Shown in pieces: positions 42,112 to 42,921 of a stretch of 42,921 nucleotides of DNA (the first letter of the stretch is position 1; every line of letters starts with the position of its first letter). The DNA is from Actinomycetota bacterium (lineage in GTDB: Bacteria; Actinomycetota; Acidimicrobiia; Acidimicrobiales; VFJN01), in assembly GCA_046734695.1 (NCBI GenBank), contig JBKPRS010000151.1, forward strand, positions 1-42,921, given 5' to 3'. Made by a program: the position numbers and the translations under genes. The notes under the pieces are model-generated. The model made no database searches. It was given only the letters and a program-made list of their open reading frames with translations, and was not told the DNA's origin.

Positions 42112-42176
42112 TCCCAATGGAGAGTACTAGGTCCATCGTGGAGGTCAAAGGCCAACCCGTCCGCAAGGAGGCGAAC

Positions 42177-42921
42177 ATGGCCACCACCACCTTCCGCACC
42201 GCTGTCGTCCGCACCCCGGGCGGGCCCGAGTCCATCGAGATCATCGACGTCCCCCTGGTCGAGCCCGGGCCGGGACAGGTCCGGGTCGAGATCGCCGGCG
42301 CCGGGGTCAATCCCGTCGACCTGGCGACCGCCGCCGGGGTGTTCCACCGGATGGGACTGGTCCACCAGCCGGACCACACCGGCCTGGGCTGGGACTTCGC
42401 CGGCACGGTCGACGCGGCCGGGCCCGACGTCGACCTCCCGGTCGGCACCCGGGTCGCGGGCCTGGTCGCCGGGTTCGACCGTGACTTCGGCACCTATGCC
42501 GAGCAGCTGGTCGTCCCGGCCGGGGACACCGCCCCCGTGCCCGACGGCCTCGACCTGATCACGGCCGCGAGCGTCCCGCTCAACGCGCTGGCCGCCGCCC
42601 AGATGGTCGACCTGCTCGGCGACGGCGCCGGGCGGAACCTGCTCGTGACCGGGGCAGCGGGCGCCGTCGGGGGGTTCGCCATCCCGCTGGCCCGCGACCG
42701 CGGCTGGCACGTCACCGGACTGGCCCGGGCCGAGGACGAGACCTTCGTGCGCGACCTCGGTGCCGCCTTCACCGCCGAGCCCACCCCCGGCTGGGACGCG
42801 GTCGGCGACGGTGCCGCGCTGCAAGAGGCGGCCGCCGCGCTGGTCCGCGACGGCGGCACGTTCGTCGGGGTCCAGCCCGGCCAGGCACCCCCGGCGGAGC
42901 GCGGCATCACGGTCCAGGTAG
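42177..42921 (+). CDS. Zinc-binding alcohol dehydrogenase/NADPH:quinone oxidoreductase (MDR family), 3'-truncated by the window edge
   Basis: AAGGAGG lies 5 nt upstream of the ATG. Motifs are VRVEIAGAGVNPVDL and Rossmann LVTGAAGAVGGFAIPLA. The frame is open to position 42921. It is absent from the ORF track, presumably because no stop is reached. Confidence 0.85.
   Translation, partial: MATTTFRTAVVRTPGGPESIEIIDVPLVEPGPGQVRVEIAGAGVNPVDLATAAGVFHRMGLVHQPDHTGLGWDFAGTVDAAGPDVDLPVGTRVAGLVAGFDRDFGTYAEQLVVPAGDTAPVPDGLDLITAASVPLNALAAAQMVDLLGDGAGRNLLVTGAAGAVGGFAIPLARDRGWHVTGLARAEDETFVRDLGAAFTAEPTPGWDAVGDGAALQEAAAALVRDGGTFVGVQPGQAPPAERGITVQV

Noticed and set aside
1-42921. Searched for CRISPR arrays, tRNA/rRNA genes, integrases/transposases, toxin-antitoxin pairs and known defence-system genes.
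   Set aside because: No regularly spaced repeats, no tRNA-like T-arm motifs (GGTTCGAATCC-type) in a suitable context and no recombinase-like ORFs were seen. The AT-richer islands all coincide with intergenic promoter regions rather than insertion boundaries.

Overview
The window is very GC-rich, with G/C dominating third codon positions, many ATGA/GTGA start-stop overlaps and long spurious antisense ORFs. This looks like chromosomal DNA from a high-GC Actinomycetota-type organism; I cannot place it more precisely without a database search. I support about 40 protein-coding genes and found no tRNA, rRNA, CRISPR array, transposase or integrase.

Content from left to right:
- 21-4799: a GyrI-like protein, an alpha/beta hydrolase and a TauD-type dioxygenase, followed by a DrrAB-like ABC-2 exporter divergent from a TetR gene.
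- 4925-10030: a PadR / MacB-type ATPase / FtsX-permease module, then a PQQ-like beta-propeller lipoprotein.
- 10113-15135: a patch rich in F420/flavin-type enzymes (two LLM oxidoreductases and a PPOX protein), plus a TylF methyltransferase, an SRPBCC protein and a TetR.
- 15145-23024: one long minus-strand block of USP, crotonase, acyl-CoA ligase, a LivH-LivM-LivG triple fusion, LivF and a solute-binding lipoprotein.
- 23027-27107: a tightly coupled P450 / conserved hypothetical / kinase-fold trio, followed by a TetR gene.
- 27110-33156: the most interesting locus. A 16-bp perfect inverted repeat precedes a translationally coupled four-gene operon: two TasA/camelysin-like proteins, an archaeal/ER-type SipW signal peptidase, and a poly-glycine-rich secreted protein whose signal peptide is also SipW-class. 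A secreted M36 (fungalysin-like) metalloprotease follows.
- 33182-42921: a HIT-kinase fusion, an HSL-family esterase, an ABC-2 exporter with a GbsR/MarR-like regulator, an APC permease fused to a C-terminal OB-fold domain, a PPOX protein, an HxlR regulator and a 3'-truncated quinone oxidoreductase.

All functional calls rest on motif and family recognition by eye. No searches were run.
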